Assembly: GCA_963823335.1 (NCBI GenBank)
Contig: CAWGLD010000007.1
Coordinates: 1-64,000 of the forward strand
Length of the DNA: 64,000 nt
Source of the DNA: an uncultured delta proteobacterium
GTDB taxonomy: Bacteria > Desulfobacterota > Desulfobacteria > Desulfobacterales > B30-G6
Direction: 5' to 3'
The notes under the pieces were generated by a model. The model worked only from the letters and a program-made list of their open reading frames with translations, was not told the origin of the DNA and searched no databases. Positions 29,905 to 40,100 of this stretch are shown in pieces. Both the position numbers and the translations under genes were made by a program. The stretch's first letter is position 1; each line of letters begins with the position of its first letter.

Positions 29905-32448
29905 CTACTTCTTCTTATCTGACGCTTCGGCCTGCTCCTGATCGATTGCAAGCGCTGCCGCGGCGGCGACCTGTTGCAGCTTATCGGCAGCATTTTCAGA
30001 TTTCGATGCCGCTTGCGTTATCTCGGGCGGCATATAGACCGTGACATTCTTGTGCGCGAATTCAATGCCTTCCTTCTCGAAGGCTTCTCTCATGAGACGA
30101 TAGACTTCTTTGCGGATGGCAAACTGCTCACCGGGTTTGGTCTTATACTTCACGCGCATGACCATGGCGGAATCCTCCATCTCGCGAACACCCTGAGACT
30201 TGATGGGTTCCAGCAGTTTCGGCCCCAGCTCTTCGTCGGCCAGTATTTTCTGGTAGACTTTCTTTTTAATGATTTTTTTGACCTTTTTCACGTCCGTGTC
30301 GTATCGCATGCGAAAATCGAGTTTTGTGATGATGTAGTCCCGGCTGAAATTGGTCACGGTACCGATATCGCCAAAGTTAACGGTGTTCACCATGCCCCGT
30401 GGGTGACGCAATTTCATGGAACGGATCGATAGTTTCTCCACCATGCCCTTGGTGCCGCCGATATCGATGTAGTCACCGATGCGAAAGGCATCGTCCAGCA
30501 TGAAGAACAACCCGGAAATGATATCTGTTACCAGCGATTTGGCACCCAGTCCTATGGCCAGGCCCACAATCCCGGCCCCGGCAATGAGGGGGCCGATATC
30601 CACGCCGACACTCGACAGAGCCACCAGGGTCGCCATGATGACAATGACAGCGAGAAAGAACCGTCGCAGAATCAGCAGCAGGGTGGCCACGCGGCTGCCG
30701 CCGGCCCCACCTTCCTCGAGTTCCTCATCGGCGCTGGGCATTTCTTCGTTGATTTTCTGCTGGATTTTGGCATTGATGAGCTCCCAGCCAACGTAACAGA
30801 CCGCCACGGTTATGAGGATGCTGAACAGCGCCTTTGAAATGGCTTCACCCACGGACAGGTCGATACCCCATACCCGCAGCACCCAGAAGAGCGCATAAAC
30901 CAGCAGCGCTATTCGCAGACCGATTTTGATGATGGTTTTCATGCGGCCCACATAGACGGTTGCGGGGGGTTCTTTTGCTTCGTCCGGGCCCGCTTTCTCA
31001 GCCGTTTCTTCCTTCCCGGCGTCTGATTCGGCTGCCATATCACCTGACGTGGCTGCAGGTTTCATCCCATCGGCAGAAACGGTTTTCATGGGTTCTGCTG
31101 CTGCGTCTGGTTCCGCTTTCCCTTCAGTTTCTTCCTCCCCGGTGTCTGATGTGGCTGCCTTGTCACCCGATGTGGTCGCGGACTTCCCGGGCGTTTCCCG
31201 GGCCATTCCAAAGACGGATTTCAGTGCTTTTCGCAACAACCAGTCGAATAAAACATAAAGACCGATGATCATAAGGGTTTTGAATCCCAAAGCCCCGCCT
31301 CTGTTTGAGATGACGCGTGAAAAAATCGAAAACATCAGTAGCAGCACCACGCCGAAAATGGCCATCTGGTGCCAGCGTTCTGCCAGACGCGAGACCAGGC
31401 TGGTGGCTGGGTTCGATCCGGTCAGTGCTGCAGCCACCGGTCTTTTCTTGTGCAGAATCACGAAGATAAACATCCCGGCGATCACACACCCGTTCAGGGC
31501 CAGCAACAAAATATAATTGAGCTCGCGCATGCCTGCCAGACGCAAGATGCCAAAGGTTATTAAAGCAAAGGTGTTGATGATTATGACAGCCAGGAGCCAG
31601 CGACTCAAATATCGGGCGGCATCGTCCGAAAGCGGTAACATCCGTAATGCCGGGGCATCAGCGGAAAAGAGAAATCGAAACAGCGCCGCAAACAAGCGCA
31701 CGATGACGATGGCCGCCAGATACGATGCCACGAGTACCCGTTTGCCAGGGGTATCGGCTAAAAAGACAAAGCTGATGATGATCACGGCCACGGTGAAAAA
31801 ACCGATGGAAAAGCAGTCCCGAACCGCTCTCATTGCCAACTGTGCAAGACGTTCGGACCATGAAGGCTGCTCCGATCCCACCATCCGTTTCCGAGCAAAA
31901 AGTAGATAGCGCCTGAAAATCCAATCCAGAAGCATGGCCCCTGCGAATACGAGGACCACACCCAGGATCGCCCTTACAGGTTTTCCAGACTTCTCACCGT
32001 CACCCATATATTTGTAGATCGCTGGGAATTCTTCCTGGATATCGACCCCGTCTGAGGATTTAAGGCTTTCAATGCGTTCGCGAACGAAGCTGATACGATT
32101 TTTTATCCTGTCGAGAAACCCGGCGATTCCCCCTATGTCATTATTGCTTTTTAAGGCGAGCTGTTCCCTTGCAGCCTGGGCCTTCAGTTCATCGATGAGC
32201 AGGCGTCTGACCTGCTCGTCACCCATGACGGCCACCACGCTGTCGATATTTTGAGTGCTCAGACCACCCGTTGCTTCTGCAGGTGGAGGGGTGGGTCCTG
32301 GCTTCATCGCCTTCTGAAGAAGAAGGGCCTGTGTTTGCGCCACAGCAGATGAAAGCGGAAGACCCATACATGTCAACATGGCAACCAGGGCCAGCACTGT
32401 AATAAACATGTGTTTGGCGGCTATCGTGAAAAGGGGTCGCTCACACAT
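29905..32448 (-). CDS. Large multi-TM MscS-family channel (YbiO-like)
   Basis: GPLIAGAGIVGLAIGLGAKSLVTDIISG, FRIGDYI, many TM helices. Confidence 0.9.
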   Translation of the reverse strand: MCERPLFTIAAKHMFITVLALVAMLTCMGLPLSSAVAQTQALLLQKAMKPGPTPPPAEATGGLSTQNIDSVVAVMGDEQVRRLLIDELKAQAAREQLALKSNNDIGGIAGFLDRIKNRISFVRERIESLKSSDGVDIQEEFPAIYKYMGDGEKSGKPVRAILGVVLVFAGAMLLDWIFRRYLLFARKRMVGSEQPSWSERLAQLAMRAVRDCFSIGFFTVAVIIISFVFLADTPGKRVLVASYLAAIVIVRLFAALFRFLFSADAPALRMLPLSDDAARYLSRWLLAVIIINTFALITFGILRLAGMRELNYILLLALNGCVIAGMFIFVILHKKRPVAAALTGSNPATSLVSRLAERWHQMAIFGVVLLLMFSIFSRVISNRGGALGFKTLMIIGLYVLFDWLLRKALKSVFGMARETPGKSATTSGDKAATSDTGEEETEGKAEPDAAAEPMKTVSADGMKPAATSGDMAAESDAGKEETAEKAGPDEAKEPPATVYVGRMKTIIKIGLRIALLVYALFWVLRVWGIDLSVGEAISKALFSILITVAVCYVGWELINAKIQQKINEEMPSADEELEEGGAGGSRVATLLLILRRFFLAVIVIMATLVALSSVGVDIGPLIAGAGIVGLAIGLGAKSLVTDIISGLFFMLDDAFRIGDYIDIGGTKGMVEKLSIRSMKLRHPRGMVNTVNFGDIGTVTNFSRDYIITKLDFRMRYDTDVKKVKKIIKKKVYQKILADEELGPKLLEPIKSQGVREMEDSAMVMRVKYKTKPGEQFAIRKEVYRLMREAFEKEGIEFAHKNVTVYMPPEITQAASKSENAADKLQQVAAAAALAIDQEQAEASDKKK

Positions 32449-32584
32449 TTTCCATATCCTCTCTTAAAATTGAAATGACGGGGCAATGATCATCTTTCTG
32501 CAACATGTTACTGAAAGCTGTCACCTGACCGTATATCCCTTGCCCTCCAGACAGGCACTGTAAGCACGATCGTACTTGCTGGTT

Positions 32585-33202
32585 TCAGATGATATTTTTA
32601 ATCTCATCCAGAATCATGCGGCTTAATTTTTCCAGGGCCTCGCTTTGTGCTGCAACCAGGGCGTCAAAGTCAGGGCCGGATACGGGTTGAACAATGGTCG
32701 CTCTTCTTAAATGCGTATTGTCTGTCTGGTCAGGCGTTCTCAGAATCCAGCTGACATTCAGCACCACGGAGTCCCCCAGTTTGCCGTCAAATTGATGAAC
32801 ATCGAATTCAATTCGATAGGATGGATTCAAGTTGCCCGGCCAGGGATAGACGACCACTTGATCCGTCCCCAGAAGCGTCATCATGTTTTCGGCCATGACA
32901 GACAGGAAATCATCCTTTAAAAAGCCCCCCCATCGTTTGAATTCCGCCAGGTCGAGTCTGCCAGGGGCCGGGCGGGTGACGATCTGGGGCCGGTCGAGTA
33001 TCTTGGGAAATTTCAAGGGCCCGATACCGATCAGAACATCTTTTAAGTTGGTCTGACCACTGCCCGCATCCTGCATCACAGCCATGGGAGTAAGCGTGTA
33101 AAAAGTTACCGGCGGCTTGCTGCCCCCCCAACACCCCAGGACCGCAAACACCATCAAAAGTAGTGACGCGTATCGCGCTGACATATTCACTGTATGCCTC
33201 AT
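32585..33202 (-). CDS. pqiC: PqiC-family lipoprotein
   Basis: Lipobox VLGC, LDRPQIV, FDG; downstream of pqiB. Confidence 0.88.
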   Translation of the reverse strand: MRHTVNMSARYASLLLMVFAVLGCWGGSKPPVTFYTLTPMAVMQDAGSGQTNLKDVLIGIGPLKFPKILDRPQIVTRPAPGRLDLAEFKRWGGFLKDDFLSVMAENMMTLLGTDQVVVYPWPGNLNPSYRIEFDVHQFDGKLGDSVVLNVSWILRTPDQTDNTHLRRATIVQPVSGPDFDALVAAQSEALEKLSRMILDEIKNII

Positions 33203-34938
33203 TCGTTTTCTCCTTTACCGTATATTAACGCATTGGGCTGCCGTTCCAGAAAATCCACCAGCATGCGAATGGCGCTGGCGGCATCGGCGATTTCCCTCAT
33301 TGCACGGGTTGTCTCCTGATTGAAACTGGAGTCGGAACTCAATATCTGCTCTATGGAAACCAGGGTCTTTTGGGCCTGCGTCAAGGTGGCCACGACTTCA
33401 CCCTCTCCCCCTGTATTCAAACTTTCTATCAATACCCCGATGTCTTGGATGGTCTTGTTCAAATTTTTAACCAGAGCGTCCACGTTACTCGCGTTTAGCT
33501 GGCCGGTAAAGCTGTTCACATTATGAATGATCGATGCCACTTCAGAGCTGCTGATTTGCCGGGTTGTCTTTTCCAGGTTCGCAACAATCGCCTGCAGATC
33601 GCTGCCGATTTTTTTAACTGGAAAGGCTTTCAGTTCCTCCAGCAGTTGCTCCACGGCACTCAGAAATTCTTCCGAGCTTTTAGGTATCGTCGGAAATACA
33701 GGATATTTTCCTTCCCAATCCATCTTTGCAGGAGGCTGATTGGGATGAAAGTCAAGATCCACAAAAAGTTGCCCCGTCAATAGATTGCCGGTTTTGAGCT
33801 GGGCCCTGAGTCCATTGGTCACAAGGCGATCGATAAATTTTCGCCGCTCCATTTCATCCGGGAAACCCGTTTGCCCTGCCAGACGCTCGGGTTCTGTCTC
33901 CACCAGAACCGAAATGGCCATATCGGATAGATTTTCCCCGAACAGCAGATTGACATCCAGAACTTTGCCCAACACCAGTCCTCTTAATTCCACCGGAGCC
34001 CCGGGATTTAGTCCGCGGATAGATGTTCCTTTGAAAATCAAATTCCAATACGTTTTGACATTGTATGACACCTGCTGGGCATCTGCAAAGCTATCGTACA
34101 ATGTGAAAACCTGGCCCTCTTCAGCGGGGGGGTCTTCCAGTTCAAGATCCAAAAAATTATCAAAGGCCAGTCCACCGCTCATGATGCTGAGCATGGATTC
34201 CGTGTTGACCTTTAAGCCCTCCGCACCCAGGGTCACATCGAAACCGCTTGCATCCCAGAATCGCGTGTTTTTGCGAACAAACTGATGGTAGGGATCGTGA
34301 ATGAACACCTGAATGTCAACGTCTTGTCCGTTCTCGGCCAGGCTGAAATTTTCGACCTTGCCTACCTGAATCTGCCGGTAATATATCACCGTACCTTGAT
34401 TCAATGATCCGAGTTTCTCGGCTCTTAGTTTGAATTGGCGGCCCGGTTCATCGGTCGATATGACGGGTGGATTTTCAAGACCGGTGAAGGCTTTGGAAGT
34501 TTTTCCGTCGTTCCTGGGATCCATGGCAATGTAGGCGCCGCCAAAAAGAGTCCCGAGCCCTGATACCGCTCCCGATGAAACCCTGGCCCTTACGACCCAG
34601 AATCGGGCCTTATCCGTCACATAGGGTTGGACGCCTTTGTTAAGCTCCGCTGAAACAAGGACATGGGACAGGTCCTTGCCGAAAGAGATGCCAGTGACCT
34701 GACCGATTTCCACATCCTTGTATTTGATTTTTGTCTTTCCCGCCTCCAGACCTTCGGCGGATTTAAAGGATATGGTGATCTCCGGTCCTTTTTCCGTCAC
34801 GGCTTTGTAAACCAGCCACCCGCCGATAAGTATGGCCACCAGGGGCACAAACCATACAATGGAAAAGGATTTCTTTTGTTTCACCACCGCTTGAGGTATT
34901 GCTGCGGGTGTTTCATGATGACTACTTTCTTGCGTCAT
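33199..34938 (-). CDS. pqiB: PqiB multi-MCE-domain protein
   Basis: SIVWFVPLVA, AEGLEAGKTKIKYKDV, FWVVR, three MCE domains. Confidence 0.93.
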   Translation of the reverse strand: MTQESSHHETPAAIPQAVVKQKKSFSIVWFVPLVAILIGGWLVYKAVTEKGPEITISFKSAEGLEAGKTKIKYKDVEIGQVTGISFGKDLSHVLVSAELNKGVQPYVTDKARFWVVRARVSSGAVSGLGTLFGGAYIAMDPRNDGKTSKAFTGLENPPVISTDEPGRQFKLRAEKLGSLNQGTVIYYRQIQVGKVENFSLAENGQDVDIQVFIHDPYHQFVRKNTRFWDASGFDVTLGAEGLKVNTESMLSIMSGGLAFDNFLDLELEDPPAEEGQVFTLYDSFADAQQVSYNVKTYWNLIFKGTSIRGLNPGAPVELRGLVLGKVLDVNLLFGENLSDMAISVLVETEPERLAGQTGFPDEMERRKFIDRLVTNGLRAQLKTGNLLTGQLFVDLDFHPNQPPAKMDWEGKYPVFPTIPKSSEEFLSAVEQLLEELKAFPVKKIGSDLQAIVANLEKTTRQISSSEVASIIHNVNSFTGQLNASNVDALVKNLNKTIQDIGVLIESLNTGGEGEVVATLTQAQKTLVSIEQILSSDSSFNQETTRAMREIADAASAIRMLVDFLERQPNALIYGKGENE

Positions 34939-35572
34939 GGTTTTCCTCCATACAATCCCATATCAGTCTCGGGTCAAAACTCATGGCAGCGAACATGGTA
35001 ATCACAACCATGGTGCCAAAAAATACAGCCGCCGGCCCGGCGTCAAACGATGCCAGGCCCCCCAGTTTTATCAGGGCCATCATGATGGTAATCACGTAGA
35101 TATCCACCATGGACCATTTGCCGATGACCTCGATGATGCGGTAAAGACGGGTGCTGTCAAGGGGACGCCAGGTTGATTTCCGTTGCACGGATATTAATAA
35201 ATATATTAAAATCATTATCTTGAGTATCGGAACCAGGATGCTGGCCACAAAAATAACCAGGGCGATATGCCACGACCCCGAGTGGATAAAATAGATCACC
35301 CCGCTCATGATGGTGTCACCCTGGGCGCCGGCGAAGGTGGTGGTAACAGAAATGGGCAGGACCATGGCCGGGATGTAAAAAGCGATCGCCGCGATGACCA
35401 GGGCCCACGTGCGGTTGATGCTGTCCGGTTTTCGCTGGTGCAGGGCCGCCCCGCACCGGGGGCAGGCCATCTGGGGAAGATTGCCACCGGACGGCATCTG
35501 GCTCAGCAGGTGACAGCGATGGCAGGCCACCATGGCGGCATTCCGGGCCGTCAGCGTTGGGGCCATTGTCAT
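34922..35572 (-). CDS. pqiA: PqiA-family protein (C-half type)
   Basis: CHRC..CPRCG, DTIMSGV, IGKWSMVD, FDPRLIWD. Confidence 0.9.
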   Translation of the reverse strand: MTMAPTLTARNAAMVACHRCHLLSQMPSGGNLPQMACPRCGAALHQRKPDSINRTWALVIAAIAFYIPAMVLPISVTTTFAGAQGDTIMSGVIYFIHSGSWHIALVIFVASILVPILKIMILIYLLISVQRKSTWRPLDSTRLYRIIEVIGKWSMVDIYVITIMMALIKLGGLASFDAGPAAVFFGTMVVITMFAAMSFDPRLIWDCMEENHDARK

Positions 35573-36174
35573 TCTCCTTCCAATTTTTCCCAAGCCGGAT
35601 GCGGGTCAAAAGATGCCGCAATCCCTGCCAGGACAAAAATGAGCAACACAAATGCAAACAGGGAAATACCGGGAATCACTTTCATCATCTTGACCAGTTT
35701 TACCACCGAAACCAGAACGCCGAGCATGAACACGTCCATCATCCCCCAGGGGTTGATGGACTGCATGAATGACAGGATGGATGCCAGCTTCCAGGGCTTC
35801 CTGTTCATCTTCAGGGGAATCAGGATGGTCAGTCTGGATACCAGATCTAAAAACGGGAACAAGATCGCGGTGAGAAAAACCAGCAAACCGATCTGCCACA
35901 TTCCGGCGGCATGGAGAACTTCCACACTCCCCATCAACGTGGTGGCCTTATAAAGCGAGCCGCTCTTGATTGCAAGAAGCGGGTAGGCATTGGCCATCAC
36001 AAAAAGAATCAGACCGGTTAGGGTCAGGGCCAGGCTGCGGTCAAGACTGTTGCGCTTGTGGCTGACCAGAACCGCCCCGCAGCGGCTGCATATACTGGTT
36101 GCGCCTTCGGGTAAGCCGACGATCCGGTTAAGAAGATCGCACTCGTGGCAGGCCATGAGAAAATCGCTTTGCAT
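35569..36174 (-). CDS. pqiA: PqiA-family protein (N-half type)
   Basis: ACHECDLL, CSRCG, PWGMMDVFMLG. Confidence 0.9.
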   Translation of the reverse strand: MQSDFLMACHECDLLNRIVGLPEGATSICSRCGAVLVSHKRNSLDRSLALTLTGLILFVMANAYPLLAIKSGSLYKATTLMGSVEVLHAAGMWQIGLLVFLTAILFPFLDLVSRLTILIPLKMNRKPWKLASILSFMQSINPWGMMDVFMLGVLVSVVKLVKMMKVIPGISLFAFVLLIFVLAGIAASFDPHPAWEKLEGE

Positions 36175-36345
36175 GCTTACGTCTCTTTATGTCTTTTTTG
36201 TTTATCTTTACAAAGCATTAACAAGACCTCTCATTTATACAAAATTTTTATTACTGTGTACATATAAATTTTTAAAGCACCTCGCAGCAAGCCATAAGGC
36301 GGGGAGCTTCGATTGAGATGGGGAGCCATTACCTGAAAACACAAA

Positions 36346-36387
36346 ATAAAATCGTAGGCACGATTATATAGAACGCGACGGTGTCGC
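36346..36387 (+). repeat. Degenerate family-C repeat, preceded by a family-A fragment near 36277
   Basis: ATAAAATCGT-aggc-ACGATTATAT..ACGCGACGGTGTCGC. Confidence 0.65.
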
Positions 36388-36418
36388 TACTTCGCGAAAG
36401 ACTAAAATATGTTATACA

Positions 36419-37567
36419 TCAATCCGGCATTGCAATATTGCAAGGTGTCTTTTCAGTCGTTTCTATTTTCCCTGGCTCAGCTTCGGTATCTTTTTCGGCG
36501 TTGTCGACCCATTCCATGAAAACCTGGTAGCCCACGGCCAGCAGTGCGGCACCCACAAACATACCGATAATGCCGCCGGACACCATGCCGCCCAGGGCGC
36601 CCAGCAGGATGACCGGCATGGGCACCGCCACACCGCGACCGAGCAGGAGCGGTTTGAGCACATTGTCGGCAAGACCGGCCACAAACAGGTAAATGGTGAA
36701 GACGATATTGCTCGTGGTGGAGGCATCACCGGCCCACCACAGATAGGCAATGACGGGAAGTGTAATGATGGCGGCAGGCAGCTGCAAAATACCGAGAAAC
36801 ATGACAATAAGCGCCAATACACCGGACATGGGAATATCGGCCATGACAAAACCGACACCCAGCAACAACGCCTGGATGAAGGCCACGCCGATAACACCCG
36901 TGCCTACCGAGCGGATGGTTGCGGTGGACAGGGTCTGCAGTCGCGGGCCTGTCACCGGATCCGTCATGCGGGAGAAAATGCGCTGTATGGCCTGGCTGCC
37001 GGACTCCCCGTAGGCCATCATGATTCCGGCCACAATCAGCGCACCCAGGAAAAGCAACAACGAGCCTGCCGTATTCGCTGCGGCTGCAAAAACGCGTTTG
37101 GCAATATTCTGGAGCTGTGCCTGGTTTTCCTTCAGAAAGGCAGGCAGGTTATCGGCTGCCGAACTCCAGGTGCCATAGACGCGTTTGCCCACAATAGGCC
37201 AGTCAGCCACTGCCGGCTTTGGTTGCTTTATGGTAAGGGTGTTGTTGTCGAAAGCGGTATATGCATTGTGCGCCTGCCTGGCAAAGTATCCGCCAAGCAT
37301 CACCGTTGGCCCCCCGATGAGCAGCAGGAATGCAAGCACCAGAAGTGTTGCGGCAATACCCTGCCGTCCCCCTATCTTTTTAGCCAGAAACTGGTGCAAG
37401 GGATAGAGAGCAATGGCCAGAATCAATGCCCACAACACCAGATTTACAAAGGGGGCAAATACACGCACGCACATGATTACCAGAAAAGCGATCAGGCCGA
37501 TGCGGATCACGGCGTTCGTGAAATCTTGAGACAGCATCTTTCGAATTGTCGAATCATCTAGTTGCAT
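36419..37567 (-). CDS. AI-2E family transporter (YdiK-like)
   Basis: Multi-TM; DNVLKPLLLGRG, GALGG, GMFVG. Confidence 0.9.
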   Translation of the reverse strand: MQLDDSTIRKMLSQDFTNAVIRIGLIAFLVIMCVRVFAPFVNLVLWALILAIALYPLHQFLAKKIGGRQGIAATLLVLAFLLLIGGPTVMLGGYFARQAHNAYTAFDNNTLTIKQPKPAVADWPIVGKRVYGTWSSAADNLPAFLKENQAQLQNIAKRVFAAAANTAGSLLLFLGALIVAGIMMAYGESGSQAIQRIFSRMTDPVTGPRLQTLSTATIRSVGTGVIGVAFIQALLLGVGFVMADIPMSGVLALIVMFLGILQLPAAIITLPVIAYLWWAGDASTTSNIVFTIYLFVAGLADNVLKPLLLGRGVAVPMPVILLGALGGMVSGGIIGMFVGAALLAVGYQVFMEWVDNAEKDTEAEPGKIETTEKTPCNIAMPD

Positions 37568-37624
37568 TGGGTAATACCTCCTTTACGCTAAGCCATTCCC
37601 CGACGTTCAGGCCCTTCCTCATTC

Positions 37625-40081
37625 TCATGACACATCTCCTTTTCCATTACCGGGTATAGGTGTTGTGGTTAATTCGGCACCGCCATCGTTACCGTGAAGA
37701 TGTATATCCCGTTGTGGAAAAGGAATCACGATATTTAGTTCCCTGAATTTCCGTTCAATCTCATGATACAGCGCGCTATTCACCCGCAACCTTCCGTCAA
37801 TATCATTTATCCAGACACGCAGTTCAAAATTGAGCGAACTGTCCCCAAAGTTCATAAACAACACCTCAGGAGCAGGTGATTTCACCACATCTTTCTGTTC
37901 TTTTGCACACGCCAGGATGGTCTCCACCACCAGGGAAACGTCGGAACCGTAAGCCACACCAACGGGAACCCGCAGTCGTACTTTACGATCTGTCAGGGTC
38001 CAGTTGGTGACCTGGTTGTTGATGAGATCCGCATTGGGGATGATCAGGTCCGCCTCGTCAAATGTCCGGACGATGGTGGATCGCAGGCCGATTTTTCTGA
38101 TATACGCCCAGGTTCCACCGATCTCGATGGTGTCACCTTCGGTCAGCGGGCGTTCAAACAGCAGAACAAGACCACTGATAAAATTATTGACAATACCTTG
38201 CAGACCAAAACCGATACCGACGCCGAGGGCGCTCAGAATGATGGTGGCTTTTGTAAAATCAAAACCAAGGATGATAAATGTCAGTAAAAAGCCGAAAAAT
38301 ATGATAAAATAGCGGATCAATTGACCGATTGAGCGTTGAACCCCCCTTGACAGCTTGCGTCCACTGACTGTTTCATCCAAAAGCACTTTCGGAAGAATCC
38401 GGGAGGTGAGAAATACGCCGTAGAAAGTGCCTGCCAGGGTAACGATCATCCCCGTACTGATCCGCAGGACTCCCAGGGACAACCCCAGGGAATATATGCC
38501 CGTAGTGGCCCCCGGTACATCGTCGTACAAACCCCACGCCACGAGGATTGCAGGCAACAAGGCAAATCCGACAAGGGCCGATGCAAACAAAAAACCGACT
38601 CTCTGCACATGGAAATCCGCATCGCTGCGCAACAGTTTTATTCGCCAGAGCGGGGACGCGTGGAACAGCCAGTTCAGACCGCCGTAAATCATGTATATGA
38701 AGAAGAGGTAGGGAAATGCAATCGCCATGGATTTAAGCATCGACCGGAAAAGATAGACAGCGATTCCGGCATTCCCCCATAACTCGGCAATGATGATGAC
38801 GACAAAAAATGCCCCGGTCACCCGAAACAACCAGATATAGAAACCGGTCTTGTTCAGAACGGAGCATTTTTTAATCCAGCGCACCAAGAAGTAAAGTGCC
38901 ATGAGGGACACCATAAATATATAGAGCCTGGAAAGAGGAAGCGGCAAGCCGATGGCCACCCATAGATCCGAAACGATTTGAACACCCATCACCCCATAGA
39001 CAGCCTGTTTTTTCCATGACTCATCTACCACCAGCACCAGAAGTCTGACACAGGCAATACCCCCAACGACGGTATAGACCAGCTTCAAATCGTCCGCATA
39101 TGGCGAATAGACTAGAAACAACCCCAGTGTCGCCAAACTTATGAAGAGTGCACTTGCAACAGGTCTATCAGCGAGAAATTTCCAGTGTTCCGACGCCTTC
39201 AATGCGATCCTGTTCCTATGGATAACACCAATTAGCACCAGAATAAAGCAGAGCTGAAAAAGAAATTTCCATCCATGCTGGGTAAAAAAGCGGACACCCG
39301 GCCATGACATAAGTCGCAGGTCATCCAGGGACAGGGACCAGATTTTACTACTGAACTGGGAAAGGTATTCAAGGGAGAACAACGGTGGTGCTTTGCTGAA
39401 CAGGTATTCCTGGCGAGCATCTGAGAATACAACACGCAAGTCAGCGTCAAGCACGTCAATTTTCCCCGCGACATCGCCGCCTTTGGCTTGCAGTACCAGC
39501 ATATTCTCGAGACGATGCATGACAAGTTCAAGGCCGCCGTCAATTGTCTTAAATGCCTTGCCAAAGACCCGTTTAAGTTGTTCAGGCGGCTGATTTTTGA
39601 GCAGAGATGATTGCCAGGCTTCCCAGCGTTCCTTTTCCGACAGCCATTCCGTTTTCCAACCGTCAACCCGTCTGATTTCATTTTTCAAAGGTTTGCTGAT
39701 GTTCTCAAGCATGGTTTTCTTGACCGCAATGGCTTGTCTGAGCACGTAGATTTTTGAATAATTAAAAGTGCCCGTTTCCTTCAGTTGCTCGAGTTTCCTT
39801 GTAAACGCGTCCAGGTCAGCCGCAATGGCGGCGTACTCTTTTTCAACAGCAGAAAAGTCATCCCCCTGCTCGAGGCCGTTTTTAAGGCGTGTAAAAAGGC
39901 CGGACAGGGTTGCCGACAAAGGGATAATCTCCGTCAGATCCGGGACGGCAATTTTCGTTTTCAGTTTCGCATCTGGCGTTTGAGCCTCTTTTTGTTGCTG
40001 GTCCGCCGCCACATGGCCCGGCACAAGAAAGACCACCCCTATCAACACAATCCCCAAAATTATATTTGCCGTTTTTCTCAT
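37625..40081 (-). CDS. MscK-like MscS-family channel
   Basis: ALGVGIGFGLQGIVNNFISGLVLLFERP, VGVAYGSD, IPFPQRDIH; signal peptide from the ATG at 40081. Confidence 0.9.
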   Translation of the reverse strand: MRKTANIILGIVLIGVVFLVPGHVAADQQQKEAQTPDAKLKTKIAVPDLTEIIPLSATLSGLFTRLKNGLEQGDDFSAVEKEYAAIAADLDAFTRKLEQLKETGTFNYSKIYVLRQAIAVKKTMLENISKPLKNEIRRVDGWKTEWLSEKERWEAWQSSLLKNQPPEQLKRVFGKAFKTIDGGLELVMHRLENMLVLQAKGGDVAGKIDVLDADLRVVFSDARQEYLFSKAPPLFSLEYLSQFSSKIWSLSLDDLRLMSWPGVRFFTQHGWKFLFQLCFILVLIGVIHRNRIALKASEHWKFLADRPVASALFISLATLGLFLVYSPYADDLKLVYTVVGGIACVRLLVLVVDESWKKQAVYGVMGVQIVSDLWVAIGLPLPLSRLYIFMVSLMALYFLVRWIKKCSVLNKTGFYIWLFRVTGAFFVVIIIAELWGNAGIAVYLFRSMLKSMAIAFPYLFFIYMIYGGLNWLFHASPLWRIKLLRSDADFHVQRVGFLFASALVGFALLPAILVAWGLYDDVPGATTGIYSLGLSLGVLRISTGMIVTLAGTFYGVFLTSRILPKVLLDETVSGRKLSRGVQRSIGQLIRYFIIFFGFLLTFIILGFDFTKATIILSALGVGIGFGLQGIVNNFISGLVLLFERPLTEGDTIEIGGTWAYIRKIGLRSTIVRTFDEADLIIPNADLINNQVTNWTLTDRKVRLRVPVGVAYGSDVSLVVETILACAKEQKDVVKSPAPEVLFMNFGDSSLNFELRVWINDIDGRLRVNSALYHEIERKFRELNIVIPFPQRDIHLHGNDGGAELTTTPIPGNGKGDVS

Positions 40082-40100
40082 TATCTTCGACCTTCCATCT

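Noticed and set aside
34922-36174. Split pqiA as a frameshifted gene
   Set aside because: Both halves are complete with overlapping stop and start codons; two-gene pqiA is a common arrangement.
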